This document shows positions 39,072 through 50,452 of a stretch of 64,000 bases of DNA, in pieces. The stretch comes from Prochlorococcus sp. AG-315-B03 (GTDB lineage Bacteria > Cyanobacteriota > Cyanobacteriia > PCC-6307 > Cyanobiaceae), in NCBI GenBank assembly GCA_003283745.1, contig QBWA01000001.1:3605-67604 (forward strand). Reading direction: 5' to 3'. The stretch's first letter is position 1. Each line of letters starts with the position of its first letter. The position numbers and the translations under genes were made by a program. The notes beneath the pieces were generated by a model. That model made no database searches and was not told the origin of the DNA. It saw only the letters and a program-made list of their open reading frames with translations.

Positions 39072-39245
39072 ATGATTTATAAATTAATTAGACATGATAA
39101 AGAGGATGATGATTTAACAAATGAATCCTTCGATAGTTATGATGAGGCATACGATTTATTAGAGGAAATATACGCTGATATTTGTTGCTCTGATGCTGAT
39201 TATGGAGACCGTCCCTATTATGAGATAATCGAGGTACAAGAATGA
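39072..39245 (+). CDS. Small acidic protein, 57 aa, absent from the ORF track
   Basis: MIYKLIRHDK...FDSYDEAYDLLEEIYADICCSDADYGDRPYYEIIEVQE; ATGA coupling to the next gene. Confidence 0.65.
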   Translation: MIYKLIRHDKEDDDLTNESFDSYDEAYDLLEEIYADICCSDADYGDRPYYEIIEVQE

Positions 39246-39382
39246 GAGTAATTGAAAAACACAAGCAATTCATAGCTTGGTATCAACGAAAGCTAGGCTT
39301 AAGTGATTATGGATTACTTTGGCTTGTTTTCTTTAAAGGAGTTTTAGTTGCTTTGGTTTTAGAAAGATTAATTGCTTCTTAA
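39242..39382 (+). CDS. Small membrane protein, 46 aa, absent from the ORF track
   Basis: MRVIEKHKQFIAWYQRKLGLSDYGLLWLVFFKGVLVALVLERLIAS. Confidence 0.65.
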   Translation: MRVIEKHKQFIAWYQRKLGLSDYGLLWLVFFKGVLVALVLERLIAS

Positions 39383-39833
39383 ATATATAACAAGGATGCT
39401 TTAATAGAATATATAAACTAATCTGTGCGGCTTAAAATAGTTATTCTTGGAATTGTTTTATTGGCAGTAATTTAATGTGATTTTTATAACTTATACAATT
39501 AGGAGTACTTTTAGACTAGTCATTAAAGAAAGAGAAAGATAATAAGTTATCGCTTAAAGAACATTAGTCATTTTCCCATCTTTAATACTCGGGGAAAATA
39601 TCAAGATGAATATGAGTCAATATTTTTGGTGGCAGTTATTAAAACTCTTCAATAGAACTTGTCAGGATTATTTATAGAGGAGAAAACAATGACCTTGTCG
39701 CCAATTTCTTTTGGTTTTTTCAGAATTATTGACATAAAAAAACTCTTGATAACTAGGAAAAGTGTAACAAGAGTCTGTATTAAGTTTGTATTCTTGTCGT
39801 CGAGACCTGGTAAACCCAGGCTGCGAATGAGTA

Positions 39834-40442
39834 CTATACTTTTCTTGAATAGTACTCAACAACTAACAATTCATTAATTTCAAGAGCAACCCATTCTCTG
39901 TCTGTTCTTGCTGTGATTTTGGCAGTGAGCTTGGATTTATCTAATTCAAGGTGTGGAGGAACATTAGCAAGTCCTGGGAATTCAAGGTTGGCTTGAGCTA
40001 ATTGTTGACTGCCTTTGTTGTTTCTAATAGCAATAACATCACCAGCTTTACATTGATAGCTAGCTATATCTGTGGTTTTGCCATTAACAGTTACATGACC
40101 ATGATTAACCAACTGTCTTGCACCAGGTATTGTTGGACCAAATCCAAGTCTAAAACAAACGTTATCTAGCCTGTTTTCTAGAAGCTTTAAGAGATTTGTC
40201 CCAGTGGATCCTTCCTGAGCACGAGCTTTTTTGACATAACGAACAAGCTGGCGTTCAGAGATACCATAGTTGAAACGAAGTTTTTGTTTTTCTTCGAGTC
40301 TTATGGCGTATTCAGAGCGCTTGCGACGGGCTTGGCCGTGCTGACCTGGTGGATGCGACCTTTTTGCGGCCTTCCGGGTGAGACCTGGAAGGTCTCCCAA
40401 GCGTCGCGTGATCCTCAGACGAGGTCCGCGGTATCTAGACAT
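39834..40442 (-). CDS. rpsD: 30S ribosomal protein S4
   Basis: [16 protein letters not shown]...LVVEYYSR. Confidence 0.98.
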   Translation of the reverse strand: MSRYRGPRLRITRRLGDLPGLTRKAAKRSHPPGQHGQARRKRSEYAIRLEEKQKLRFNYGISERQLVRYVKKARAQEGSTGTNLLKLLENRLDNVCFRLGFGPTIPGARQLVNHGHVTVNGKTTDIASYQCKAGDVIAIRNNKGSQQLAQANLEFPGLANVPPHLELDKSKLTAKITARTDREWVALEINELLVVEYYSRKV

Positions 40443-40542
40443 AGGGGTGAAAATTTAGTAATGGTTTTTACTGGACAAGGTAACCTGAAAGATAATCCGA
40501 CTTACCCTGATTATTAACCAGTATTTTATTCTATCGTTAAAC

Positions 40543-40779
40543 ATGCTTTTAATGATCAATAAAGCGATTGCTTCTATTTTCTTAGGTTTGATTTCTTTCT
40601 ATCAAAAATGGATATCTCCTTTATCTGGTCCCAGTTGTAGGTTTATACCGAGTTGCAGTACCTATTCAATAGAGGCTATTTCCAGGCATGGACCATGGAA
40701 AGGTGGATGGCTAACGATACGAAGATTGAGTAAATGTCATCCGCTTACTCCTTGTGGATGTGATCCTGTTCCTGACTAA
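40543..40779 (+). CDS. yidD: Membrane protein insertion efficiency factor
   Basis: YQKWISP...[10 protein letters not shown]...CHP...G.DPVP. Confidence 0.93.
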   Translation: MLLMINKAIASIFLGLISFYQKWISPLSGPSCRFIPSCSTYSIEAISRHGPWKGGWLTIRRLSKCHPLTPCGCDPVPD

Positions 40780-41090
40780 TGAAACCAGAAGTATTGATTT
40801 TGTTCTCTCGTAAAGGCTGCTGTTTATGTGAAGCATTAGAGGAACGCTTATTAAATATTTCTTTGACAAACTTGGATCCTTCAGTTGTACTTCAAATCCT
40901 AGATATTGATACCGATGAGGTATCATTAGAAGATAAAAGACTTTATATATATGAGGTCCCAGTATTAGTTCTTGATTCTAGTAAATTAGCTAGAAGAATT
41001 GAGTTGCCAAGAGTATCTCCAAGACTTAAGAAGGATAATCTTTTTATGTGGCTTCAGAATAAGTTAAATAATTATTATCATGCATCCTGA
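40779..41090 (+). CDS. Glutaredoxin-like protein
   Basis: SRKGCCLCE, YEVPVL. Confidence 0.8.
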   Translation: MKPEVLILFSRKGCCLCEALEERLLNISLTNLDPSVVLQILDIDTDEVSLEDKRLYIYEVPVLVLDSSKLARRIELPRVSPRLKKDNLFMWLQNKLNNYYHAS

Positions 41091-41344
41091 AAATTTATGA
41101 ATTACTTGATTATTCCTTTTGATCGGTTTAATGAATTAATATTTTAAGTAGATCTTAATCTTTGATTTGCATTCATAAGTAATAAGGATAAACTAAATTG
41201 GCTTATCCTTATTTCTTATGAGTTCATTCCTGAAACATCATCTTGTTGATAGTAAGTAGAGTGATTTTATTAATTAGTCACAACATGTATTTTTATAATT
41301 CTTGTGGATATTAAGTCTACGTATTCGAATTCAGAGGTTTAGCT

Positions 41345-42862
41345 TTGTCTCGTCATCTTCATTCTTTATTGGAAGCGATTGGCCTTGAAGTTCCTTCTTA
41401 TTTGCCTAACCCAAAAATAAAAAATCTTTCATGTGATTCTCAAAACATTGAAAAAGGTGATTTGTTTTTAGGTCTAAAAGGTGAAAAAGTTGATGGAGGG
41501 GTTTATTGGGATAAAGCACTGGCATCAGGTGCATGCGCTGCGATTATAAGTAAGGATGCTTCTCTTCTGAATCCTGCATCAAAGGAAAAACCTGTTGTTG
41601 TGTTCCCAGATCCCATTGCATTGTGGATTGGGAAATTATCAGCAGATTTCTGGAGAGACCCCTCGTCAAAAATTTCTTTAATAGGTGTTACTGGTACAAA
41701 TGGTAAGACAACAACATCATATTTAATTGAGTTTCTAAGTTCTTCTCTTGGCATTCCTTCAGCATTATTGGGAACTTTGGTTAATCGTTGGCCTTCATAT
41801 GAAGAAACTTCAATTCATACAACTAGTTTTGCAGTTCCTCTCCAGGCCCAACTCGCTAGAGCTGTAAAGGCGGGTGTTGAATTGGTCGCTATGGAGGTAA
41901 GCTCTCATGCTTTATCTCAACAGCGAGTTGCAGGATGTCATTTTTCAGGAGCAATCTTTACTAATCTTTCTAGAGACCATTTGGACTATCACGATTCAAT
42001 GGAGATGTATTTCAGGGCAAAGGCTAATTTATTTAGATCTCCTCTCTTGAAAACTGGAAATGCTAGGGCAATAGTGAATGTTGATGATAAATGGGGTTCG
42101 CTATTGGCGAATGATCTAAAGAAAAAATGTTGGACATGCTCTTTAGACAAGGATTCCCATAACTCTACGAAAATAGATCTTTTTTACACTGATCTTAAAA
42201 TTAGTTCAGATGGGTGTATGGGCAAATTGCATACACCAACTGGATCAGGTAAATTCTTTTCGCCATTAGTAGGTGAATTTAATTTGATGAATACCCTGCA
42301 GGGCATAGGAATTCTTGTTCAGCAAGGATTGCCATTAAATGAACTTTTAGATGCCTTAGGGAAATTTCCAGGAGTTCCAGGCCGAATGCAACGTATTAAT
42401 ATTCCTGGTTATACATCTAAAGATGGCCATCCAATTGTGCTTGTTGATTATGCTCATACACCTGATGGATTAAAGAATGCTTTGATTGCTTCTAGGTCTT
42501 TTACTAAAGGGAAACTTATTTGTGTTTTTGGTTGCGGTGGTGATAGAGATAGAGGTAAAAGATCAAAAATGGGAGAAGTTGCTTTGAAATTTTCCGATTA
42601 TATTGTATTGACATCTGATAACCCAAGACAAGAAGACCCTCAAAGAATAATAAAAGATATTCAAGTTGGAATAGGCTGCGATATAAACTTACTCATTGAG
42701 CAGGATAGATCTATAGCAATTCAGTTCGCCATATCAAAAGCAAGAAAAGGAGACGTTGTTTTGATTGCGGGAAAGGGGCATGAAGATTATCAAATTTTAG
42801 GAGATCAGAAAATATATTTTGATGATCGTAATCAGGCAGAATTAGCATTAAGAATGAATTAG
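41345..42862 (+). CDS. murE: UDP-MurNAc-tripeptide synthetase
   Basis: GVTGTNGKTT, MEVSSH, DYAHTPD, DNPR, AGKGHE. Confidence 0.96.
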   Translation: MSRHLHSLLEAIGLEVPSYLPNPKIKNLSCDSQNIEKGDLFLGLKGEKVDGGVYWDKALASGACAAIISKDASLLNPASKEKPVVVFPDPIALWIGKLSADFWRDPSSKISLIGVTGTNGKTTTSYLIEFLSSSLGIPSALLGTLVNRWPSYEETSIHTTSFAVPLQAQLARAVKAGVELVAMEVSSHALSQQRVAGCHFSGAIFTNLSRDHLDYHDSMEMYFRAKANLFRSPLLKTGNARAIVNVDDKWGSLLANDLKKKCWTCSLDKDSHNSTKIDLFYTDLKISSDGCMGKLHTPTGSGKFFSPLVGEFNLMNTLQGIGILVQQGLPLNELLDALGKFPGVPGRMQRINIPGYTSKDGHPIVLVDYAHTPDGLKNALIASRSFTKGKLICVFGCGGDRDRGKRSKMGEVALKFSDYIVLTSDNPRQEDPQRIIKDIQVGIGCDINLLIEQDRSIAIQFAISKARKGDVVLIAGKGHEDYQILGDQKIYFDDRNQAELALRMN

Positions 42863-42880
42863 TTTTATGAGATAAAATTT

Positions 42881-44089
42881 CTAACTCATTTTTATATTTT
42901 TGATTGCACGACTGAGATTATCTAACTCGGACTTGTTAGTTGTTATGTGTACACATGCCCGAAGCCATTTAGGATCTTCAAGTACACGGAGCCATAATCT
43001 TTGCTTGCCAAGAGTATTGACGATTGCTTCGGGAGATTTGTTTATATTCATTATAAAGCTAACTATCCCTGTTGATGGAGGTTTGTTTGAAATAAGTTCT
43101 ATCTCTTCAATTTGTTTTAATTCGTTCCATAATTTTGAACTAAGACTTTTGATTTTGGTTAAACGTTCAGATTCTGTACCTTCTTTTTGCAGCATTAGTA
43201 TTGAATTTCTAAGACCGGCTAAAAGTGGTATACAAGATGTTGCAATTTCAAAACGTCTACCATCAGAATGGAAAGGTTCTTTTTTCTTGATATGAATTCC
43301 TACTTCTGCTTTTAAACTTTTCCATCCTATGAATGTTGGACTTGATTCTTTTAAAACTCTTTCAGAGAGGGCGACTCCTCCAAGACCTTCTGGTCCGCAA
43401 GCCCATTTATGACCTGTAAAAGCAAAAATATCTGCTTTATCGCAAGCATCTTTTACGGGAATATGGCAGAAACTTTGGGCTGCATCTACCAATAAATAAG
43501 GTTTAGTTTGAAGCTCATTTAGCTTCTTTGCGATAAGTTTGATTGGCATTATTTGTCCTGTATTCCATAGGACATGTGATATTACAACTAGTTTTGTATT
43601 CCTTTGAAGATGTAGATCTAAACTGCTAAGTAGTTTTTTATTTAAATCATTTTTTTTATCATAGCCTGTTCCCAAAGTTTGAACAGGGAGTACTCCAATC
43701 TTAAGTTCTTTTCTACGAGCTAGTTCTTTACAGGCGGCTACTATTCCAGGGTGTTCGCAGTCACTAATTAGTAAGTGATCACCAGCAGAAAAAGGTAATC
43801 CCCATAGAGGTATTATGCAGCCTGAACTAACATTTTCTGTTAAAGAGATTCTCTTGGGGGGTATACCGCAAATCTCGGAAATAAGATTTTTGGTGGTTAA
43901 AATTTCTTTAGTTATATAAGGCCAAACATCATTAGTAAATGGACCAAGCTCTTGGATTTTTTGCCAGCTAACTGCTATTGCTTTTATTGAGTTAGAAGGT
44001 AATGGACCCTGTCCTCCATAATTAAAATATTGCTTATTTTTCAAAGCCTGCATATTTGCCCTTAATGAGCTTTGAAATATTTTCTTCAT
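42881..44089 (-). CDS. Class V PLP aminotransferase (cysteine/cystine lyase-like)
   Basis: YFNYGGQGP, DAAQS, FTGHKWACGPEG. Confidence 0.85.
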   Translation of the reverse strand: MKKIFQSSLRANMQALKNKQYFNYGGQGPLPSNSIKAIAVSWQKIQELGPFTNDVWPYITKEILTTKNLISEICGIPPKRISLTENVSSGCIIPLWGLPFSAGDHLLISDCEHPGIVAACKELARRKELKIGVLPVQTLGTGYDKKNDLNKKLLSSLDLHLQRNTKLVVISHVLWNTGQIMPIKLIAKKLNELQTKPYLLVDAAQSFCHIPVKDACDKADIFAFTGHKWACGPEGLGGVALSERVLKESSPTFIGWKSLKAEVGIHIKKKEPFHSDGRRFEIATSCIPLLAGLRNSILMLQKEGTESERLTKIKSLSSKLWNELKQIEEIELISNKPPSTGIVSFIMNINKSPEAIVNTLGKQRLWLRVLEDPKWLRACVHITTNKSELDNLSRAIKNIKMS

Positions 44090-44794
44090 TTATTTATCAA
44101 TACTTAATAAGTCTATTAAGGGATATCTTGTGGAACTCAAATATGATTTTATCTTAATAAATTCAATCAGGATTAAATTCTTATAAGAATTCTGATAAGG
44201 ATTTTCTAATACGAGCTTGAGGTATCGCAACAATTGGTTTTAGTTCTGAATTGAATAAATAGCCGAATTAACCTTATGATATAATTTGAACTCTTATAAT
44301 TAGGGAATGGAAGATCAAAAAGAACAAAATGTTATTGCTCAAGAGTGGGTTGTAATGTTTGATGGGCAGATTAAGAGAAGTGAGAAAAAGTTTGATGGCA
44401 ATCTTCATCATATAGAAATAAATAGAAAAAATAATAAATAGGAATGATTAATCACTTTGTCAAACTAAATAATAATTTGACCTGCTAAATTTGATATAAT
44501 TTATTAAAACTCTGAAATTAGTATTTTTAGATAACTTTACCCATTTCATGCGATTTGACTGTTACGATATAAGAAATTCTTTCGACATCGATGAAAATAG
44601 ATTTTGGTCCTATAACCTTTAGCCGTATTGCAAGTATCCTTTTAATTCTAGGATTCTTTGGACTGCTCGCTTATAACTCAACTCTTTAATAGGAAATATA
44701 TTTTAGAGAAAAACCTTCCTAATATCAATATATGCTTGTGTCCGCTCTCGGATTTAGTGGAAATAGAGTATTATGTTTGAAATTTATAAATGCA

Positions 44795-44986
44795 ATGGAA
44801 GTTACAAGTGCTGATCCTACTTTGTTGGTAGTTGTTGGGGGCATAGTTGTAGTAGTTTTAGGAGCTCTTGCCTATGGGATTTATGCAACATTTGGTCCTG
44901 GTTCTAAAGAATTAAGAGATACTATTGATGAGCATGCAAAAATGCATGAGTTAGGAATAGCTCATGGTCATAGTGGTAAAAAATAA
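44795..44986 (+). CDS. PsbN-like small membrane protein with His-rich tail; start reassigned to 44795
   Basis: TM helix then YGIYATFGPGSKELRDTIDEH matches the PsbN pattern; tail HAKMHELGIAHGH. Confidence 0.7.
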   Translation: MEVTSADPTLLVVVGGIVVVVLGALAYGIYATFGPGSKELRDTIDEHAKMHELGIAHGHSGKK

Positions 44987-45221
44987 TCATTCATCAATTT
45001 ATTAATTCTTTTTTTAGTTAAATATATTTTCTTGGATTTATATTTACATAGTGTAATTTAGATTTTCTTATTTATTTTCAGATTAATTAATTGATTTGAT
45101 ATTTTATCCACCAAATAATTCAAGTACTTCCATGTAATATCATTAAGTATAAGTATCCTTTAATTATAAAGGTGGAATTGAAAATCTTTATGCTGGAAAA
45201 CTTGATGATGAAACCTAAATC

Positions 45222-45890
45222 ATGTTGATTAGTATTTTAACTGGTTTTATAGCAGGAGCTGTTCATGTTGTTAGTGGGGCAGATCATATGGTTGCGATGG
45301 CACCATCAGCTTTAATAAAGCCCAAATTAGCTTTAAAAAATGGCTTGGCATGGGGACTAGGACATTCTACAGGTGTTTTAATTCTCTCGATATGTGCGAT
45401 TTTGGCTAAAGATTTGGTCAATATTGAAAAAATGTCTTCCTTTGCAGAATTTCTTGTTGGAATTAGCCTTTTGGTTGTTGGTCTCTTAGCTATAAGGACA
45501 TCATTAAGATTAAATATTCATATGCATAAACACAGTCATAAAAATGAGAGGCCTCATAAGCATGTTCATTTTCATTCACTTGGGAAGAAGATTCATGGAA
45601 CCCACTCTCATGCTGCAACTGGATTAGGGGTATTGCATGGATTTGCAGGTGCTAGTCATTTGATAGCAGTTATTCCAGCATTGGCGCTGCCTTTAATAGG
45701 GGCTTTAATATATTTATTTGCTTATTTACTTGGATCAGTTTTTGCTATGGGATGTGTAGTCCTTGGTATATCTTTTGCTGCAAATAAAGCTAACAAAATA
45801 TTTTATCCTTTTTTAATGAGACTAACAGGAGGACTATCAATTTTAACAGGAATATTTTGGCTTCAGAAAACTTCAATTATTACTTATTGA
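45222..45890 (+). CDS. Nickel transporter (UreH/SodT type)
   Basis: HVVSGADH, WGLGHS, His-rich loop, GVLHGFAGASH. Confidence 0.85.
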   Translation: MLISILTGFIAGAVHVVSGADHMVAMAPSALIKPKLALKNGLAWGLGHSTGVLILSICAILAKDLVNIEKMSSFAEFLVGISLLVVGLLAIRTSLRLNIHMHKHSHKNERPHKHVHFHSLGKKIHGTHSHAATGLGVLHGFAGASHLIAVIPALALPLIGALIYLFAYLLGSVFAMGCVVLGISFAANKANKIFYPFLMRLTGGLSILTGIFWLQKTSIITY

Positions 45891-45901
45891 ATTCTAAATA
45901 A

Positions 45902-46033
45902 ATGAACTATACAGCTACATTTATTGCTTTAGGTTGTTTCTTCTTATGGGTTATTATTGCTACTTTTATTTGGTCTAGAAGGATGAAAAGACTATCTCTT
46001 GAATATTCAAGAAGTAAAAATATGAAGAATTAG
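45902..46033 (+). CDS. Small single-TM protein, 43 aa, absent from the ORF track
   Basis: MNYTATFIALGCFFLWVIIATFIWSRRMKR... Confidence 0.45.
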   Translation: MNYTATFIALGCFFLWVIIATFIWSRRMKRLSLEYSRSKNMKN

Positions 46034-46165
46034 ATAATGAGATTATTTCCTTAAGATGATTAAAATCTGGTTTTATTTATACTGCAAAAACTATCTTTAT
46101 ATACCTAGATCTATAAACTTGAACAAATGTTATGTATGATTATTAAAAACTGCTAAAAATAAAAA

Positions 46166-46426
46166 ATGAAAGGATTTTTATTTTTCTTGGGATCTATCTT
46201 TAGATGGCCTGTTCAAAGACCTAATCAATTCTTGACTTTACATTTATATTTTGTTGCTATATATGTCATAACTTTTTTTATTAAGAATATGGGATTTAAC
46301 TTCTCTAACCTTATCTTTACGAGCGGAATGATAGCTCCGATTGGTTATTTGATTTGCAATGGATTACCTTTGGATTGTCTTGATTATAAATCTTCTATTC
46401 AAAGAGAATTGAATACTCAAAATTAA
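46166..46426 (+). CDS. Hypothetical membrane protein
   Basis: 86 aa with two hydrophobic segments. Confidence 0.6.
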   Translation: MKGFLFFLGSIFRWPVQRPNQFLTLHLYFVAIYVITFFIKNMGFNFSNLIFTSGMIAPIGYLICNGLPLDCLDYKSSIQRELNTQN

Positions 46427-46463
46427 TTTTATATTTATAATTAACTACCAAATTAATCAGATT

Positions 46464-46709
46464 TCAGAGTACTTGAATAACTTCACTAACTTCAGGAATC
46501 ATTTCTCTAAGTTTCCTTTCTATTCCCATTTTTAGAGTCATTGTGCTGCTTGGACAACTCCCGCAGGCTCCTTGTAGTCTTACTTTTACAATAGGTCCAT
46601 CTATTTCAGCAATTTCTACATTACCTCCATCAGCCATAAGAAATGGTCTTAATTCATCTAGAACCTTCTCAACATTCTCTGTCGTTAGTGGGAGTGTTTC
46701 ATTACTCAT
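46464..46709 (-). CDS. NifU/NfuA-like Fe-S scaffold
   Basis: [20 protein letters not shown]. Confidence 0.93.
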   Translation of the reverse strand: MSNETLPLTTENVEKVLDELRPFLMADGGNVEIAEIDGPIVKVRLQGACGSCPSSTMTLKMGIERKLREMIPEVSEVIQVL

Positions 46710-46772
46710 TTGAGAGCGCTTGACTTTAACATCCTTAGCTTAGTGAATTATTAGATAATCTGTGTATAGATC

Positions 46773-48275
46773 TTGATAAAGATTTTGTTTAATACAAATG
46801 CCTCAAGCTCAGAAAACACATATGACGCGATATTGATTGGTGCTGGCATTATGAGCTCGACGCTTGCAATATTACTTCACGAGCTCGATCCTGATTTGCG
46901 TTTGCTGATTGTTGAGCGTCTTTCCTCTCCTGGATTGGAAAGTAGTAATGCCTTAAATAACGCTGGGACAGGTCATGCTGCTAATTGTGAGCTTAACTAC
47001 ACCCCAGTTCAAGCAGATGGAAATATTCTTACTGAGAAGGCCTTTGAAATTAATAAATCTTTTGAACAAAGCTTGGAGCTTTGGGCTTCCTTGAGCGAAA
47101 AAGGAAAGTTAGAGCCAAAGAATTTTTTAAATAAATTGCCTCATATAAGTTTGGTCTTTGGGGAAAAAGATATTTCTTTTTTAAAAAAAAGGTTTTTTGA
47201 GCTTAGTTCTCATCCTGCCTTTCAAGAAATGGAATTCACCATGGATCATGCTGAATTGAAAGACTGGATTCCATTAGTCATGGATGGTAGATCGAAAGAT
47301 GAATTGATTGGAGCAACAAGAATTAGACGTGGAACTGATATTGATTTTGGAGTTTTAACTCGCTCATATTTAGAACAAATTGAGGGAAAACAATCTGTTG
47401 AGATTAACTACTCCACGAATGTAGAAAACCTTCAACAAGATTATAAAGGTAATTGGTATTTAGATATAAAGAGTTCCTCAAAAAATAGACTTGTCAAGTC
47501 AAGTTTTGTTTTTCTGGGAGCAGGAGGAGGTGCTTTATCTCTTTTGCAAAAATCAGGAATTCCAGAGGGATTGTCTTACGGTGGCTTTCCCGTAAGTGGA
47601 AAATGGATGATTTGTGAGGAAGAGCATTTAGCCGAAAGGCATTATGCAAAGGTTTATGGGAATGCTGCGGTTGGGGCGCCACCAATGTCTGTACCTCATT
47701 TAGATACACGATGGATCGGAGGAAAAAGATCTCTCTTGTTTGGACCTTTTGCAGGGTTTAGCTCCAATTTCCTCAAGCATGGATCAAAATTGGATTTATT
47801 TAAATCAATTAAATCAACAAATATTTTGTCAATTTTACAAGCAGGAATAAAGAATATCGATTTAGGGAAATATCTAGTAAATCAACTTCTTCTGACTAAT
47901 GAAGAACGCATTGAAACGTTAAGAAGTTTTTTACCAAATCCTTCTCCAGATGATTGGAAACTTTCAGTTGCTGGACAGCGAGTTCAAATAATTAAACAAA
48001 CTTCTAAAGGGGGTGTCTTGAAAATGGGAACAGAAGTTGTATCATCTGCCGATGGATCCTTGGCTGCTTTGCTTGGAGCTTCTCCAGGTGCAAGCACTGC
48101 AGTCACAATAATGATTGAGGTGCTAAATCGATGCTGGGGAGAAAAAATGAAATCAAGTGCATGGAAAATAAGAATGAATGAGCTTTTCCCAAGCTTTGGA
48201 AAAGATATCAATTCAAATCAAGAATTACTTCTGGCAATTCGAAATAGAAATGATTTCTTACTTAATTTAAAATAG
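46773..48275 (+). CDS. mqo: Malate:quinone oxidoreductase
   Basis: GAGIMS.TL, NNAGTGHA..CELNY, PPMSVPHLDTR, GASPGAST. Confidence 0.95.
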   Translation: MIKILFNTNASSSENTYDAILIGAGIMSSTLAILLHELDPDLRLLIVERLSSPGLESSNALNNAGTGHAANCELNYTPVQADGNILTEKAFEINKSFEQSLELWASLSEKGKLEPKNFLNKLPHISLVFGEKDISFLKKRFFELSSHPAFQEMEFTMDHAELKDWIPLVMDGRSKDELIGATRIRRGTDIDFGVLTRSYLEQIEGKQSVEINYSTNVENLQQDYKGNWYLDIKSSSKNRLVKSSFVFLGAGGGALSLLQKSGIPEGLSYGGFPVSGKWMICEEEHLAERHYAKVYGNAAVGAPPMSVPHLDTRWIGGKRSLLFGPFAGFSSNFLKHGSKLDLFKSIKSTNILSILQAGIKNIDLGKYLVNQLLLTNEERIETLRSFLPNPSPDDWKLSVAGQRVQIIKQTSKGGVLKMGTEVVSSADGSLAALLGASPGASTAVTIMIEVLNRCWGEKMKSSAWKIRMNELFPSFGKDINSNQELLLAIRNRNDFLLNLK

Positions 48276-48362
48276 AGCTCTGTTTCTATTAAGCTATATA
48301 TTTGGATTTTTCATAGAGTTGTTTTTTATAGCTAGAAACTTTTCTCCTTTATTTTCTTTCGC

Positions 48363-50174
48363 ATGACTGATGTTCCCATTACTCGTCTGAGGAACTTCTG
48401 CATTATCGCTCATATTGACCATGGGAAATCAACCTTGGCAGATAGGCTTTTGCAGGATACTGGTACAGTCTCGTCGCGAGATATGCAAGATCAATTTTTG
48501 GACAATATGGATCTAGAAAGAGAAAGAGGAATAACTATTAAGTTACAGGCTGCAAGAATGAATTATAAAGCTAGTGATGGAGAGGAATATGTCTTGAATT
48601 TGATTGATACTCCTGGTCATGTTGATTTTTCTTATGAAGTAAGTCGTTCATTGCAAGCATGTGAAGGTGCATTGTTGGTCGTTGATGCCAGTCAAGGAGT
48701 TGAAGCCCAAACTTTGGCAAATGTTTATCTTGCTTTAGAAAATGATTTAGAAATAATACCTGTCCTTAATAAGGTTGATTTACCTGGTGCCGATCCCCAG
48801 AAAATCAAGGATGAAATTGAATCAATAATTGGCTTGGATACATCAAAAGCAATTACTTGTTCTGCTAAAACAGGTATTGGTATCCCTGAAATCCTACAAG
48901 CTGTAGTTGAGAGAATTCCTTCTCCAAAAGATGACATTAGTGGATCTACAAAAGCTTTGATCTTCGACTCTTATTACGACCCATATCGGGGAGTTATTGT
49001 TTATTTCCGAGTGATAAGTGGTGGTATAAGTAGAAAAGATAAGATTTTGCTTATGGCTAGTAAAAAGAGTTATGAGCTAGATGAAATAGGCGTAATGGCT
49101 CCTGATCAAGTTAAAGTTAAGTCACTTCATGCCGGTGAAGTTGGCTATTTAGCCGCATCGATAAAGGCTGTCTCTGATGCAAGAGTCGGAGATACTATAA
49201 CCTTATTAGATAAACCTGCTGAAAATCCTCTACCAGGTTATACCGAAGCTAAGCCAGTGGTCTTTTGTGGATTGTTCCCTACAGATGCTGATCAATATCC
49301 AGATCTTAGAGAATCTCTTGATAAATTGCAGCTTTCAGATGCTGCGTTGAAATATGAACCAGAAACCAGTAGTGCAATGGGTTTTGGTTTTCGTTGTGGT
49401 TTTCTTGGTCTATTGCATATGGAAATTGTTCAAGAAAGATTAGAACGTGAATATGATTTGGATTTAATTGTTACGGCACCATCAGTTATTTATAAAGTGA
49501 AAATGATAGATGGGGAGGTTTTGACAGTTGACAATCCATCTACTCTCCCAGATCCACAAAAAAGGGAAAGCATAGAAGAACCTTATGTAAGAATGGAGAT
49601 CTATGCTCCTAATGACTATAACGGTACTCTTATGGGCCTTTGTCAGGACAGAAGAGGTGATTTTGTTGATATGAAATATATAACAACTGATCGAGTAACA
49701 CTCATATATGAAATGCCTCTCGCTGAGGTCGTGACTGACTTCTTTGATCAGATGAAGAGTAGGACAAAAGGTTATGCTTCTATGGAGTATCACTTGATCG
49801 GCTATAGAAAAAATGATCTAGTAAGGTTAGATGTTTTGATTAATGCAGAGCGTGCAGATCCATTGACTACAATTGTGCATAAAGATAACTCTTATGGTGT
49901 TGGTAAAGGACTTGTCGAGAAACTAAAGGAACTTATTCCCAAGCAACAATTTAAGATACCCCTACAAGCCTCTATCGGGAGTCGAATTATTGCAAGTGAA
50001 AGTATTAGTGCTCTAAGAAAGGATGTTTTATCTAAATGCTATGGAGGAGATATATCTAGAAAGAAAAAATTACTAAAGAAACAGGCTAAGGGAAAAAAAC
50101 GAATGAAATCTATGGGAAAAGTAGATGTTCCTCAAGAGGCTTTTATGGCTGTCTTGAAATTAAATAATGACTAA
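48363..50174 (+). CDS. lepA: Elongation factor 4
   Basis: [27 protein letters not shown]. Confidence 0.98.
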   Translation: MTDVPITRLRNFCIIAHIDHGKSTLADRLLQDTGTVSSRDMQDQFLDNMDLERERGITIKLQAARMNYKASDGEEYVLNLIDTPGHVDFSYEVSRSLQACEGALLVVDASQGVEAQTLANVYLALENDLEIIPVLNKVDLPGADPQKIKDEIESIIGLDTSKAITCSAKTGIGIPEILQAVVERIPSPKDDISGSTKALIFDSYYDPYRGVIVYFRVISGGISRKDKILLMASKKSYELDEIGVMAPDQVKVKSLHAGEVGYLAASIKAVSDARVGDTITLLDKPAENPLPGYTEAKPVVFCGLFPTDADQYPDLRESLDKLQLSDAALKYEPETSSAMGFGFRCGFLGLLHMEIVQERLEREYDLDLIVTAPSVIYKVKMIDGEVLTVDNPSTLPDPQKRESIEEPYVRMEIYAPNDYNGTLMGLCQDRRGDFVDMKYITTDRVTLIYEMPLAEVVTDFFDQMKSRTKGYASMEYHLIGYRKNDLVRLDVLINAERADPLTTIVHKDNSYGVGKGLVEKLKELIPKQQFKIPLQASIGSRIIASESISALRKDVLSKCYGGDISRKKKLLKKQAKGKKRMKSMGKVDVPQEAFMAVLKLNND

Positions 50175-50197
50175 TGGACTTTTCTTATGTTGGAAAT

Positions 50198-50362
50198 TTA
50201 TTTCTTATAGATTGTCTCAATCAATCCAGTGCTTAGTCTCATTGAAACCTCCTGATTATTCTTGTCTTTAGCCAAACTTGTCCATATGAAACCAATAATT
50301 ATTAATGTTGTAATAGCTATTGAAAGTTCACCTACGGTGAGGCCATCATTTTTTAAATTCAT
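50198..50362 (-). CDS. 54-aa protein with prepilin-like N-terminus, absent from the ORF track
   Basis: MNLKNDG|LTVGELSIAITTLIIIGFIW; Gly at -1, Glu at +5, hydrophobic helix. Confidence 0.55.
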   Translation of the reverse strand: MNLKNDGLTVGELSIAITTLIIIGFIWTSLAKDKNNQEVSMRLSTGLIETIYKK

Positions 50363-50452
50363 TTTAAATTGTATGTATGTATTTATTTAAGCAATTATTT
50401 TTTTGTTTTCTACCTATTATAGTTAAATTTAATTAGTTTTTTAAACTTTAAA

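Noticed and set aside
44307-44441. 44-aa ORF MEDQKEQNVIAQEW...
   Set aside because: Short, with no motif or gene coupling to support it
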